Counted from the first letter of the stretch, positions 54,566 to 63,687 are shown. The stretch is DNA of 64,000 bases from an uncultured Actinomycetes bacterium (GCA_963843705.1 CAWJLQ010000009.1:56770-120769), one strand, 5' to 3'. Numbers and translations are program-made. The notes: a model not told the origin generated them from the letters alone.

Positions 54566-55749
54566 CGCCGGCGCGCACCCAGGTGGGGATCGTCGGCGCC
54601 GGGCCGGCGGGGCTCGTGCTCGCCCAGCTCCTGCGCACGCGCGGGATCGAGTCGGTCGTGCTCGAGGCCCGCAGCCGCGACCACTGCGAGCACCGCATCC
54701 GCGCGGGGGTGCTCGAACAGGGCTCCGTCGACCTGCTGCGTGCGATCGGCGCCGGCGACCGGCTCGGCCGCGAGGGCATCGTCCACCACGGCGTGAACAT
54801 CCAGTTCGACGGCGAACGCCACCGCATCCCGCTGTCCGACCTGACCGGCGGTGCCGTGATCGTGATCTACGGGCAGACCGAGGTCGTGAAGGACCTGATC
54901 GCGCTGCGGCTGGGGCAGGGCGACCCGCTCCACTTCGAGGTCGAGGACGTCGCCCTGCACGACCTGGACACCGAGGCGCCTCGGATCACCTACCGGCACG
55001 ACGGCGCCGGGCACGAGCTGCGCTGCGACATCGTCGCCGGCTGCGACGGGTTCCACGGCGTCTCCCGGCCCTCGATCCCGCCTGACCTGCTGCGCTTCAC
55101 CGAGCGCGAGTACCCGTTCGGCTGGCTCGGCATCCTCGCCGACGTCGCGCCGTCCAGCGAGGAGCTCGTCTACGCCACCCACGAGCGCGGGTTCGCGCTG
55201 CTCAGCCTGCGCTCGCCGACGCTCAGCCGGCTCTACGTCCAGGTCGACCACGACGAGGACGTCGGGGAGTGGCCGGACGAGCGCATCTGGGCCGAGCTGC
55301 AGGCGCGCCTGGGCACGCCCGGGTGGGCGCTGGCCGAGGGGCCCGTCCTGGAGAAGGGCGTGACGGGCATGCGCAGCGTGGTCGTCTCGCCGATGCAGCA
55401 CGGCCGCCTCTTCCTGGCCGGCGACGCCGCCCATATCGTCCCGCCGACGGGCGCGAAGGGCCTGAACCTGGCCATCGCCGACGTCGAGCTCCTGGGCGAG
55501 GCGATCGCGGCCTGGTACGCGGGCGATCGCGGTCGGCTCGACGGCTACTCGGCCGCCTGCCTGCCGCGGGTGTGGCGGGCGGAGCACTTCTCCTGGTGGA
55601 TGACCTCGATGCTGCACCTGCTGCCCGGCGGCGACCCGTTCGACCGCGAGCTGCAGCTCGCCCAGCTGCGCTACCTGGTGGCGTCGCCGGCGGCGGCGAC
55701 CACGCTGGCCGAGAACTACGTGGGCCTGGCCGGGCGCATGATGCGCTGA
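54562..55749 (+). CDS. pobA: 4-hydroxybenzoate 3-monooxygenase
   Basis: [52 protein letters not shown]. Confidence 0.96.
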   Translation: MTPARTQVGIVGAGPAGLVLAQLLRTRGIESVVLEARSRDHCEHRIRAGVLEQGSVDLLRAIGAGDRLGREGIVHHGVNIQFDGERHRIPLSDLTGGAVIVIYGQTEVVKDLIALRLGQGDPLHFEVEDVALHDLDTEAPRITYRHDGAGHELRCDIVAGCDGFHGVSRPSIPPDLLRFTEREYPFGWLGILADVAPSSEELVYATHERGFALLSLRSPTLSRLYVQVDHDEDVGEWPDERIWAELQARLGTPGWALAEGPVLEKGVTGMRSVVVSPMQHGRLFLAGDAAHIVPPTGAKGLNLAIADVELLGEAIAAWYAGDRGRLDGYSAACLPRVWRAEHFSWWMTSMLHLLPGGDPFDRELQLAQLRYLVASPAAATTLAENYVGLAGRMMR

Positions 55750-56366
55750 TGCCGCGCCGCAACCGGGTCACGCCGCTCGGCGAGCTGGTCGCGGCGCCCG
55801 CCCGCGGCCTCGTCTACGGGAACCGCGGCTGCCTGCACGACGCGGAGGGTCGCATCCGCCGCCGCTACGCCGTGCGGCGCTGGATCGCCTGCCGGCTCGA
55901 GTTCAAGGGCTGGCAGCGCGGCCCGATGATGCAGCCCGGCAAGTTCACCGAGCTCTTCTTCCTCGACGAGGCCACCGCCCTGGCCGCCGGCCACCGGCCG
56001 TGCGCGCTCTGCCGCCGGCAGGACTACGACCGCTTCGGGGCGATCTGGGCGGGGCTGCACGCGGGCGAGGCGGGGGCGGACGCGATCGACGCCCGCCTGC
56101 ACGCCGAGCGCGTGGCCGCGGGCGGCGGGCACCGCACCCACGCCGCCGCGTTCGCCGACCTCCCCGACGGCGCCTTCGTGCTCGTCGACGGCGATCCGTA
56201 CCTCGTGCGCGGCGACCGGCTGCTGCTGTGGTCGCCGTCCGGGTACGCCGGCCGCCGGCCGCGCCCCGCCGGCGCCGCGACGGTGATCACCCCGCCCTCG
56301 CTCGTCTCGGTGCTGCGCGCGCGCTGGTCGGGCGCCGTCCCCTTCCTCCACCCGTCGGCTGAATAA
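55749..56366 (+). CDS. Conserved hypothetical protein with Ada-like metal-binding motif
   Basis: [44 protein letters not shown] coupling to pobA. Confidence 0.75.
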   Translation: MPRRNRVTPLGELVAAPARGLVYGNRGCLHDAEGRIRRRYAVRRWIACRLEFKGWQRGPMMQPGKFTELFFLDEATALAAGHRPCALCRRQDYDRFGAIWAGLHAGEAGADAIDARLHAERVAAGGGHRTHAAAFADLPDGAFVLVDGDPYLVRGDRLLLWSPSGYAGRRPRPAGAATVITPPSLVSVLRARWSGAVPFLHPSAE

Positions 56367-56381
56367 CCGGTGCCAGGCACC
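56360..56381. repeat. REP-like element copy
   Basis: TGAATAACCGGTGCCAGGCACC is identical to 19793-19814 and again lies at a convergent gene junction. Confidence 0.7.
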
Positions 56382-56395
56382 TTTCTGCACCCGCG

Positions 56396-56764
56396 CTAGC
56401 CGCCGCTCGTCAGGCCGATCACCCGCCCCTCCGGGTCGCTGAAGAGGCCGATGACGAGGTCCGGCATCACCTGCTCGGGGCCCATCATGCGCGTGCCGCC
56501 GAGCCGCTCGGCGTGGTCGAGGGCGGCGCCGACGTCGGGGACGGCGACGTAGAACGTGACGTGGCCGGCGTAGCCCTCCGGCGCCTGGCCGATGCCGCCG
56601 CCGATGCCGACACCGTCGGCGGTCAGGTTCGCCTCGCGGTCGACGACGCCGTAGCCCATCGGGTTGGACGTGTCGATCTCCCACCCGAACAGGTCGGAGT
56701 AGAAGCCGCTGAGCTTTGCGAGGTCCTTGCCCATCACCTCGAAGTGGACGACCGGCTGTCCCAT
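56396..56764 (-). CDS. VOC (glyoxalase/bleomycin resistance) family protein
   Basis: PVVHFEV, FYSDLFGW, TFYVAV, FSDPEG. RBS AAGGAG. Confidence 0.92.
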   Translation of the reverse strand: MGQPVVHFEVMGKDLAKLSGFYSDLFGWEIDTSNPMGYGVVDREANLTADGVGIGGGIGQAPEGYAGHVTFYVAVPDVGAALDHAERLGGTRMMGPEQVMPDLVIGLFSDPEGRVIGLTSGG

Positions 56765-56793
56765 CCATCACTCCTTTCGCGGGACCCGAAAGG

Positions 56794-56818
56794 CTAGATG
56801 ATTGAATCAATCATCTAG
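56794..56818. promoter_or_regulatory. Perfect 25-bp AT-rich palindrome, putative operator
   Basis: CTAGATGATTGA-A-TCAATCATCTAG between the divergent VOC and YrdB genes, overlapping the -10 TAGGCT. Confidence 0.7.
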
Positions 56819-56827
56819 GCTCGGCGC

Positions 56828-57148
56828 ATGCGCGCCGCCAACCTCGCCCTCCGGTTCCTGCTCGAGCTGGTCGCCCTGGCCGGGCTGGCGGAGGGCGGCG
56901 ACGCGGTCGCGGGCTGGCCGGCGGCGGTGGCCGCGGTGGTCGCGGGAGCGGCCGTCTGGGGCCTGTGGTGCGCGCCGCGGGCGCGGCGGCGGCTCGCGCG
57001 GGCGCCGCGGACTGCGGTCGAGGCGGCCGTGTTCGGCCTCGGCGCCGCCGGGTTCGCGGCCGCCGGACGCGCACCGCTCGCGGTCGGCTTCGCCGTCGTC
57101 GCGGCCGCGAACTGGGTGCTGCTGCTCGCCCAGGGCGAGGATCCCTAG
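56828..57148 (+). CDS. YrdB (DUF2568) family membrane protein
   Basis: NLALRFLLEL, VWGLWCAPRA, VEAAVF. Confidence 0.8.
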   Translation: MRAANLALRFLLELVALAGLAEGGDAVAGWPAAVAAVVAGAAVWGLWCAPRARRRLARAPRTAVEAAVFGLGAAGFAAAGRAPLAVGFAVVAAANWVLLLAQGEDP

Positions 57149-57498
57149 TCGAGCCGGGCGAGGAACGCGCGCAGCTCGCCCGCCGACCCCGGAGAGATCG
57201 CCGGCAGGTCGTGGATGCCGTAGGCGGCCAGCGCTTCCTGCAAGCCGCGCCGGCGGCCGACGATCGCGAGCGTGTAGCCGTGGCGCGCGAACTCCTCGGC
57301 CTGCTCGGCCGCCTGCTCCAGCATGGGGCCGGCGACGGCGTCGGGATACGCCTGCCCGGGCAGCTGCACGGCGCCCCATCCGGCCCGGGCCAGCTCGGCG
57401 AGGCCGTCGATCCCGCCGGCGGAGGGGTTCACGAGCTCGTCGGCGATCAGCGCGACGCGGTAGCCGCGGGCGTCGCCCGCGTCCGTGCGCTCAGCCAC
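57145..57498 (-). CDS. Hypothetical protein
   Basis: Overlaps the upstream gene by 8 nt; host-like codons; RVALIADELVNP...GWGAVQLP. Confidence 0.65.
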   Translation of the reverse strand: MAERTDAGDARGYRVALIADELVNPSAGGIDGLAELARAGWGAVQLPGQAYPDAVAGPMLEQAAEQAEEFARHGYTLAIVGRRRGLQEALAAYGIHDLPAISPGSAGELRAFLARLD

Positions 57499-58042
57499 GG
57501 CGCGCGTCCGCGAGGGCGGCGACGGCGGCCCGCTCGGCGGCCTCGTCGTGGCCCGGCAGCTGGTGCGTGACGCCGGTCGCCCGCGGCAGCGGCACGCCGC
57601 GGGCCGCCAGCTCGGCCTCGAGCTCCTCGAGGAAGATGCCGCTTCCCGGCGAGAGCTCCTCGGTGCCGTCGGGCCACTCGGGCCGCCCGTGCCGGGCGGG
57701 GTCGGAGCTCGTCACGTGCACGCCCATCGACGGGCTGCCCTCGAGCCCGACAAGGATGACGTCGTCGCCCCGGCGCACGTGCAGCTCGATCGCTCCGGCG
57801 ACCGACGCGGCCAGCCGCCGGCAGTGGCGCCGGTAGGCGGTCGTGTCCAGCTGCTCCTTGACCGCCCAGAACCGGTGCAGGCCGGTGAACGCGAGCTCGG
57901 GGCAGGGCATCTGGACGAGCCGCCAGCCGCGCTCGCGCAGCACCTCGACGAGCGGCGAGTAGACGCCGGGGCAGCGCGCCCCGCCCGACACCTTGGAGTT
58001 CTGGTTCAGCAGGCAGTGGGCGACGAACGCGACGCCGGGCAC
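57491..58042 (-). CDS. DUF523/TudS-related (thiouracil desulfurase-like) protein
   Basis: AHCLLNQN, QMPCPE, GLEGSPSMG (family motif is usually SPSCG). Confidence 0.75.
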   Translation of the reverse strand: MPGVAFVAHCLLNQNSKVSGGARCPGVYSPLVEVLRERGWRLVQMPCPELAFTGLHRFWAVKEQLDTTAYRRHCRRLAASVAGAIELHVRRGDDVILVGLEGSPSMGVHVTSSDPARHGRPEWPDGTEELSPGSGIFLEELEAELAARGVPLPRATGVTHQLPGHDEAAERAAVAALADARRG

Positions 58043-58066
58043 CGAGCCAGTGTACCGGCGGCCCAG

Positions 58067-59548
58067 CTAGGGCCGGAAGCGGGGCGGCGGCGGCCGGCAC
58101 TGGCGCAGCGCCTGCGAGCGCATCCGGGCGACGACGGCGGCGTCGGCCGGGTCCGTGGCCACGTTTCGGAGCTCGAACGGGTCGGTGCGCAGGTTGTAGA
58201 GCTCCTGGAAGCCGCCGGTGTAGAGCGTGTACATGTAGCCGGTGGCGCGGATGCCGCAGAAGGACGGGGCCAGTGACGGCGGGTTCGCGGCCATGTGCTC
58301 GGTCAGGAAGCTGGTCGGCCAGGCCGGCGACGGCGTCCGGTGCGCGAGCAGTGGCAGGAAGCTGCGCCCCTCGGTGGCGGGGTGCGGCGCGCCGGCGATG
58401 TCCGCGAGCGTCGGCGCCCAGTCGACGTTCACGATCGAGTGGCTGTCCGTGGAGGGGGTGGTCGTGTCGGGCTCGTAGCGGACGACGAGGGGCACGCGCA
58501 GCGACTCGTCGTAGGGCACCTGCTTGCTCCCGATCGAGAGTCGGTGCTCGCCCCATTCGACGCCGTTGTCCGAGGCGAACATGATCACGCTGTGGGCCAG
58601 GCGGTGCGTGGCCCGCAGCGTCGCGACGATGCGGCCGACCTGCCGGTCGATCGTCTGCAGCGTCTGGTACTCCGCCTCCCGCTCGGCGTGGATCTGGGCG
58701 CCCTGGACGGTGTCGAACCGCGGCAGGGAGCGGATCCACGGCGGCTTGTCCGAGACGTCCGCCTCGTTGTAGCTCGGCGGGCGGTACTGGGGCAGGTGCG
58801 TGAACGAGTTGACGTAGCGGCGCTGCGGGATCGACGGCCGGTGCGGCGCGAAGGGCGCGTAGTAGACGAAGACGGGCTTCGACGCCGGCGCGGAGGCGAT
58901 GAACCGGGTCGCCGCGTCGCCGAAGTAGCTGGTCGAGTAGGCCGAGACCGGCTTCGGCAGCCGGCAGCCGCGGGCGCCCGCCGGGCATGCGCCGGGCGCG
59001 TTCGTGAACACCAGGTACGGCTGGTAGGCGGGCTCGTAGTCGAACGCCACCCACCGGTCCCAGCCGGGCGGGACGCCGCCGCCGTAGGCGTTCAGGTACT
59101 TGCCGAAGAGCCCGGTGTCGTAGCCGTCGGCGTGCAGCCAGGTCGCGATCGTCGAGCGTTCGTCGCCGGCGGCGCGAAACGCCGGCGCGCCGCCGTTCGG
59201 CCGGTGGTTGTCCCAGACATGGGTCGTGTGCGCGTAGTTGCCGGTGAGGACGCTCGCGCGGCTCGGGCAGCACAGCGAGTCCGAGACGAAGGAGTTCGTG
59301 AAGGTGACCCCGTGGCGGACGAGCAGCCTGCGCACGTTCGGCATCGACCACAGCGTGTCCCAGCGCTGGTCGTCGGTGAGGATGAGGACGATGTTCGGCC
59401 GCTTCGTGCGGGCGACCACGACGTGGCGGCGCGTGGCCGTGGAGCCGCCGCGGTGCGCCGCCCAGGCGATCACGGCTGCCGCGGCGGCGACCAGGATCAG
59501 GACGGCCGCTCCGGCAGCCGCTCCCCTGCCCCGCAGCCTTCGCATCAT
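58067..59548 (-). CDS. Secreted/anchored Cys-type sulfatase (N-acetylglucosamine-6-sulfatase-like)
   Basis: RPNIVLILTDDQ, CCPSRAS, GKYLN, APH, SDNG, ELYNLRTDPFEL; N-terminal TM/signal. Confidence 0.9.
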   Translation of the reverse strand: MMRRLRGRGAAAGAAVLILVAAAAAVIAWAAHRGGSTATRRHVVVARTKRPNIVLILTDDQRWDTLWSMPNVRRLLVRHGVTFTNSFVSDSLCCPSRASVLTGNYAHTTHVWDNHRPNGGAPAFRAAGDERSTIATWLHADGYDTGLFGKYLNAYGGGVPPGWDRWVAFDYEPAYQPYLVFTNAPGACPAGARGCRLPKPVSAYSTSYFGDAATRFIASAPASKPVFVYYAPFAPHRPSIPQRRYVNSFTHLPQYRPPSYNEADVSDKPPWIRSLPRFDTVQGAQIHAEREAEYQTLQTIDRQVGRIVATLRATHRLAHSVIMFASDNGVEWGEHRLSIGSKQVPYDESLRVPLVVRYEPDTTTPSTDSHSIVNVDWAPTLADIAGAPHPATEGRSFLPLLAHRTPSPAWPTSFLTEHMAANPPSLAPSFCGIRATGYMYTLYTGGFQELYNLRTDPFELRNVATDPADAAVVARMRSQALRQCRPPPPRFRP

Positions 59549-59600
59549 GTCGCCGAAGAGCGTACTTCGGGCGGTCGGCCCGGGCAGCAGTCGCGCCCGG

Positions 59601-60320
59601 TCAGACCGGATCGGACGAGGCCGCCGCGCCCGCGGAGTCCGACAGCACCCGCCCGTCACGGAGCCGCACCGTCCGCGGCGCCGTCTCGGCCACGGCGGTC
59701 TCGTGCGTCACGATCACCACCGTCTGGCCCTGCTCGGACGCCAGCCCGCGCAGGAGCGCCAGGATCTCCTCGCCGGTGGCCGAGTCGAGGTTCCCGGTCG
59801 GCTCGTCCGCCAGCAGGGCGTCGGGGTCGTTGGCCAGCGCCCGGGCGATCGCGACGCGCTGCTGCTCGCCGCCGGACATGCGCGACGGGAGGTGGTCGGC
59901 CCGGTGGCCGAGCCCGACCGCGTCGAGCAGCGTCCGTGCGCGCGCGTGCCGCTCGGTCCCGCCCCGGGCCGCGATCGCGGCTTCGACGTTGTGGTGGGCG
60001 GTGAGCGTCGGGATGAGGTTGAACTGCTGGAAGACGAACCCGATCGTGTCCCGGCGCAGGCGGGACAGCTCGCCACCGCTCATGCGCGCGACGTCCCGCC
60101 CCAGGCAGTGGATCGTCCCCGACGTGGGCCGGTCGAGCGCGCCGAGGATCTGCAGCAGCGTCGTCTTGCCCGACCCGCTCGCACCGACGACGGCCACGAG
60201 CTCGCCGGGCTGGATGACCAGGTCGACGTCGGCCAGCGCGGTCACACCGCCCGGGTACGTCCGGCCGACGCCGGCGAGCTCGTACACCGGGGTCGCGGCC
60301 GGCATGCGGGCGGCGTCCAT
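59601..60320 (-). CDS. ABC ATP-binding protein (LolD/MacB-like)
   Basis: GASGSGKTT, IGFVFQQFNLI, MSGGEQQR, ADEPTGNLD. Confidence 0.92.
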   Translation of the reverse strand: MDAARMPAATPVYELAGVGRTYPGGVTALADVDLVIQPGELVAVVGASGSGKTTLLQILGALDRPTSGTIHCLGRDVARMSGGELSRLRRDTIGFVFQQFNLIPTLTAHHNVEAAIAARGGTERHARARTLLDAVGLGHRADHLPSRMSGGEQQRVAIARALANDPDALLADEPTGNLDSATGEEILALLRGLASEQGQTVVIVTHETAVAETAPRTVRLRDGRVLSDSAGAAASSDPV

Positions 60321-60322
60321 CG

Positions 60323-61855
60323 CTACTCCACCGTCCGCAGGGCTGCCGCCGGGCTGAGCCGGGCGGCCCGCGAGCCGCCCACGGCGCCGGCCACGAGCCC
60401 GCCGAGCACCGCCAGGCAGATCGCGGCGACGATCAGCTGCGCGTCCGCCGACGTGGTGATCTTGACGAGCTCGGAGCCGGACGTGACCTGTGGGCTGCCG
60501 AGGCCGAACGGGCCGCCGCCGCCGAACGGGCCGCCCCCTCCGAGCGAGCTGCGAGCGCCCGTCGACGCGCCGGGGACGGTGGCCTTGAGCGTCCAGCCGG
60601 CAGCGTTCACCGCGGCGGCCGCGGCGATCCCGATCGCCGCGCCGACGACGCCTCCGATCAGCCCCTGCAGCAGCGACTCGCCGCTGATCTGGCGCACCAC
60701 CTGCCACTGCGACCAGCCGACCGCCTTGAGCGTGCCGATCTCGCGCACGCGCTTGGCGACCGAGGCGAGGGTGAGCAGGCAGGCGATCAGCACGGCCGCC
60801 CCGAGGCCGGCGATCTCGAGCGCGGTGCCGAGCTTCGACGAGAGGCTGCGCGCGTCCGACAGCGAGCCGCCGATGCGGTCGGCCAGGTCCTGGGCGGTCG
60901 TGACCTGCGCGCCCGAGAGGCCGGTCTTGATCTCGTGGGCGACCCGCGCCACGTCACCGGTCGACGCCGCGCGCACCTGGACGCTGTTCACCTGGCCCGC
61001 GTACTTCGCGAGCTTCTGCAGGGTGGCCAGCTCGACGTAGGCGTCCGAGGCCGTGCCGCCGAGCGGCGAGGACGCGATCCCGACGACGTGGAACGTGTGG
61101 CCGCCGAGCGTCACCGACGATCCGACCGTCAGCTTGTTCGTGTTGGCGTAGGCGTTCGAGAGGATCGCCTGGTGGGCGCCGCCGGACGAGGTGAAGTACG
61201 TCCCCTTCGTGATCTGGCTAGGGGTGAGGGCGGCCAGGTCGGGCTGCGTCTGGTCGACGCCGGTCACGGTGCGCGTGTCCGTATGGATCTTGTTGCCGCC
61301 GAACCCCCGGAATACGGGGCCGCCGTTCTGGCCGCTGCCGCCGCTCTGGTTCGTTGCCGGCGGCGCGCCCTGGCTGCGCTTGAACTTCACCTTGGGAGCC
61401 GTCCCGTAGATGTGCGCGTCGGTGAGGGTGAGCGACCCCGCGGCCCCGGCGACGCCCTGGTAGCCGGCGATCGTCTTCACCCGCGACTGCGAGAACGAGA
61501 GCTGGCTCGTGGCGGTGAAGGTGTCGGTGTCGAACTTCTGGCCGGGCTTCAGCTTGCGGAAGTCGAACCCCGCGCCGCCCCGGGCCTGGGCGCGCAGCCG
61601 GTTGCGCTCCGACTGCGACAGGCTGCCGAACGGGCCGCCGCCGTTGTTCGTGAACCCGATCGGCCGGCTGACCGACATGTCCGTGCCGACGCCGGTGAGC
61701 GGTGCGAGCACCGTGCGCTGGGCGTTGTCCAGGCCGGTCGAGAGCGCATTCACCGTGACGACGAGGCCGACGCCGACCGCCAGCCCCAGCGCGGTCAGGA
61801 TGGTGCGCCCGCGGCGGCGGCGAAGCTCGGCCAGGGCGTAGCTCAGGAAGAACAT
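60323..61855 (-). CDS. ABC permease (FtsX/MacB-like)
   Basis: ELRRRRGRTILTALG, large extracytoplasmic loop, KRVREIGTLKAVG, AARLSPAAALR. Confidence 0.9.
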   Translation of the reverse strand: MFFLSYALAELRRRRGRTILTALGLAVGVGLVVTVNALSTGLDNAQRTVLAPLTGVGTDMSVSRPIGFTNNGGGPFGSLSQSERNRLRAQARGGAGFDFRKLKPGQKFDTDTFTATSQLSFSQSRVKTIAGYQGVAGAAGSLTLTDAHIYGTAPKVKFKRSQGAPPATNQSGGSGQNGGPVFRGFGGNKIHTDTRTVTGVDQTQPDLAALTPSQITKGTYFTSSGGAHQAILSNAYANTNKLTVGSSVTLGGHTFHVVGIASSPLGGTASDAYVELATLQKLAKYAGQVNSVQVRAASTGDVARVAHEIKTGLSGAQVTTAQDLADRIGGSLSDARSLSSKLGTALEIAGLGAAVLIACLLTLASVAKRVREIGTLKAVGWSQWQVVRQISGESLLQGLIGGVVGAAIGIAAAAAVNAAGWTLKATVPGASTGARSSLGGGGPFGGGGPFGLGSPQVTSGSELVKITTSADAQLIVAAICLAVLGGLVAGAVGGSRAARLSPAAALRTVE

Positions 61856-61879
61856 GTGACCCAGCCTACGGTGCCGCCT

Positions 61880-61918
61880 CTAAGAGCCCGTTGAACCGAA
61901 CCTAAGAAGTGGCTGAGG
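61880..61918 (-). promoter_or_regulatory. Four hexamers at 11-bp period (MprA/OmpR-type box-like)
   Basis: Minus-strand CCTCAG, TCTTAG, GTTCAA, TCTTAG (plus-strand starts 61913, 61902, 61891, 61880), just upstream of the -10 TAGGCT. Confidence 0.55.
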
Positions 61919-61938
61919 TCCTGCGGTCGCCGTGAGGC

Positions 61939-62970
61939 TCAGGTCTCGCTCGACCGCGCCCAGAGGTTGATGTCGCTCTCCGTGGCGTAGCGGTCGATCT
62001 CGGCCAGCTCGTCTGGGGTGAAGCCGAGCCGCTCGATGGCGGCCACGTTCGCCTCGAGCTGGGGGACGCTGCTCGCCCCCACGAGCGTCGAGGTCACACG
62101 CTCGTCCCGCAGCGTCCAGGCGAGCGCCATCTGCGCCAGGCTCTGGCCGCGGCCGCGGGCGATCTCGTTCAGCGACCGCACCTTGGCCATCGTCTGCTCG
62201 GTGAGCTGGTCCGGCGAGAGCGAGTCGTCGCGGCTGGCGCGTGACCCCTCCGGGATTCCGTCCAGGTAGCGGTCGGTGAGCATGCCCTGGGCGAGCGGCG
62301 AGAATGTGATGCAGCCGATCCCGGCCTCGCCGATCGCGTCCAGCAGGTCGTCCTCGATCCAGCGGTTGAGCATCGAGTAGGACGGCTGGTGGATGAGGAG
62401 GTCGACGCCCATCTGCCGGAGGATGGTCGCCGCCTGCCGGGTGTGCTCGGCGGAGTAGGAGGAGATGCCGGCGTAGAGCGCCTTGCCGGAGCGCACGGCG
62501 TGCGCGAGCGCGCCCATCGTCTCCTCGAGCGGCGTGTCGGGGTCGAAGCGGTGCGAGTAGAAGATGTCCACGTACTCGAGACCCATCCGGCGCAGGCTCT
62601 GGTCGAGGCTCGCGAGCAGGTACTTGCGCGAGCCGTGATCGCCGTAGGGGCCGGGCCACATGTCGTAGCCGGCCTTCGTCGAGATGAGGAGCTCGTCCCG
62701 GAACGGCGCCAGGTCGCGCGCGAACAGCCGGCCGAAGTTCTCCTCAGCCGACCCGTACGGCGGGCCGTAGTTGTTGGCCAGGTCGAAGTGGGTGACGCCG
62801 AGGTCGAACGCGCGGCGCAGGATCGCGGCGCTCGTGTCGAGCGGCCGGTCGTGGCCGAAGTTGTGCCACAGCCCGAGCGACACGGCCGGCACCTCGAGGC
62901 CGCTGCGCCCGCAGCGGCGGTAGGCCATGTGCTCGTAGCGGTCGGGCGCGGGCTCGTAACGTGTGAGCAT
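61939..62970 (-). CDS. mgrA: Aldo/keto reductase, L-glyceraldehyde 3-phosphate reductase-like
   Basis: YRRCGRSGL, LGLWHNFG, HFDLANNYGPPYGSAE, ISTKAGYDMWPGPYG, HQPSYSMLNRW. Confidence 0.88.
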   Translation of the reverse strand: MLTRYEPAPDRYEHMAYRRCGRSGLEVPAVSLGLWHNFGHDRPLDTSAAILRRAFDLGVTHFDLANNYGPPYGSAEENFGRLFARDLAPFRDELLISTKAGYDMWPGPYGDHGSRKYLLASLDQSLRRMGLEYVDIFYSHRFDPDTPLEETMGALAHAVRSGKALYAGISSYSAEHTRQAATILRQMGVDLLIHQPSYSMLNRWIEDDLLDAIGEAGIGCITFSPLAQGMLTDRYLDGIPEGSRASRDDSLSPDQLTEQTMAKVRSLNEIARGRGQSLAQMALAWTLRDERVTSTLVGASSVPQLEANVAAIERLGFTPDELAEIDRYATESDINLWARSSET

Positions 62971-63002
62971 GGCGGCAACATACCCACCGGCGCTGGTTGC
63001 AC

Positions 63003-63054
63003 CGTCCACACTCAACGCCACCCCGAAGAAGGGGGGCGGCGTTGAGTGTGGACG
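63003..63054. repeat. 17-bp-stem inverted repeat (REP-like hairpin)
   Basis: CGTCCACACTCAACGCC (63003-63019) pairs with GGCGTTGAGTGTGGACG (63038-63054). Confidence 0.8.
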
Positions 63055-63106
63055 ACGGTGGGCTCAGGAGGTTGGTCAGGAGCCCCGCTTGTGCCATGCT
63101 CCGCGG

Positions 63107-63610
63107 GTGATCGGTATGGCGCGTCGCGCATCCGAGTGGCTCAAACGACGCGGGTCGGTCGCCGACGGCCCTGGCGGCATATCCGCGCCGTCTGGGGCCG
63201 ACGCACTTGCGAAAGGCGAGGACGGCCTTCGCCGGATGATCTCAGACGCGCGCGGCACGCCTTACGAAGCGTTCCGGACGCTCGAAGAAGCCAGGAACGC
63301 GAGAGACATCGCCCTCGTCATGCAGGGCGACGACGGCGGCTCGATCTATCTCACGTGTCCGGTCAGCCTCGTGCACTGCAACGAGGCAACGCTGAACCTC
63401 CTGTTGCTCGAGCTCGACCAGCGAGTGTGGAAAGACCCCGACTCGGCGGCGCTGTTCTACGAGCGGGCGCCTGTCGGAAGCGCCATCGCCGGCGGCACCG
63501 GAGGCGGCTCCGTGATCAACGGCGTATGGCTGCACCCAGAGCTCGAGGAGAACAACTTGCGCCGCGCAGTCGAGGCCGTCCTCGCCGATCGGCGCGAGCG
63601 CATCACCTAG
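63107..63610 (+). CDS. Hypothetical protein with atypical codon usage
   Basis: Open frame (LVMQGDDGGSIYLTCPV...GGTGGG..GVWLHPEL) with more A/T-ending codons than neighbours; GTG 6 nt after CATGCT. Confidence 0.7.
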   Translation: MIGMARRASEWLKRRGSVADGPGGISAPSGADALAKGEDGLRRMISDARGTPYEAFRTLEEARNARDIALVMQGDDGGSIYLTCPVSLVHCNEATLNLLLLELDQRVWKDPDSAALFYERAPVGSAIAGGTGGGSVINGVWLHPELEENNLRRAVEAVLADRRERIT

Positions 63611-63665
63611 CGCCACACACCGGCGCACCAAGGCGCGGGTCAGCTAAGACCGGTGCCATCCGCGG

Positions 63666-63687
63666 CCGTCCACACTCAACGCCGCCC
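63666..63687. repeat. Third copy of the CGTCCACACTCAACGCC repeat
   Basis: 63667-63687 is the exact reverse complement of 63034-63054 (21 nt). Confidence 0.8.

Noticed and set aside
60500-60545. GGGGPFGGGGPFG tandem repeat in the ABC permease
   Set aside because: Low-complexity Gly-rich linker, common in this permease family.
63003-63687. Repeats as a CRISPR array or integron attC sites
   Set aside because: Only three copies in mixed orientation, with no regular spacers, no cas or integrase gene and no clear attC core sites.
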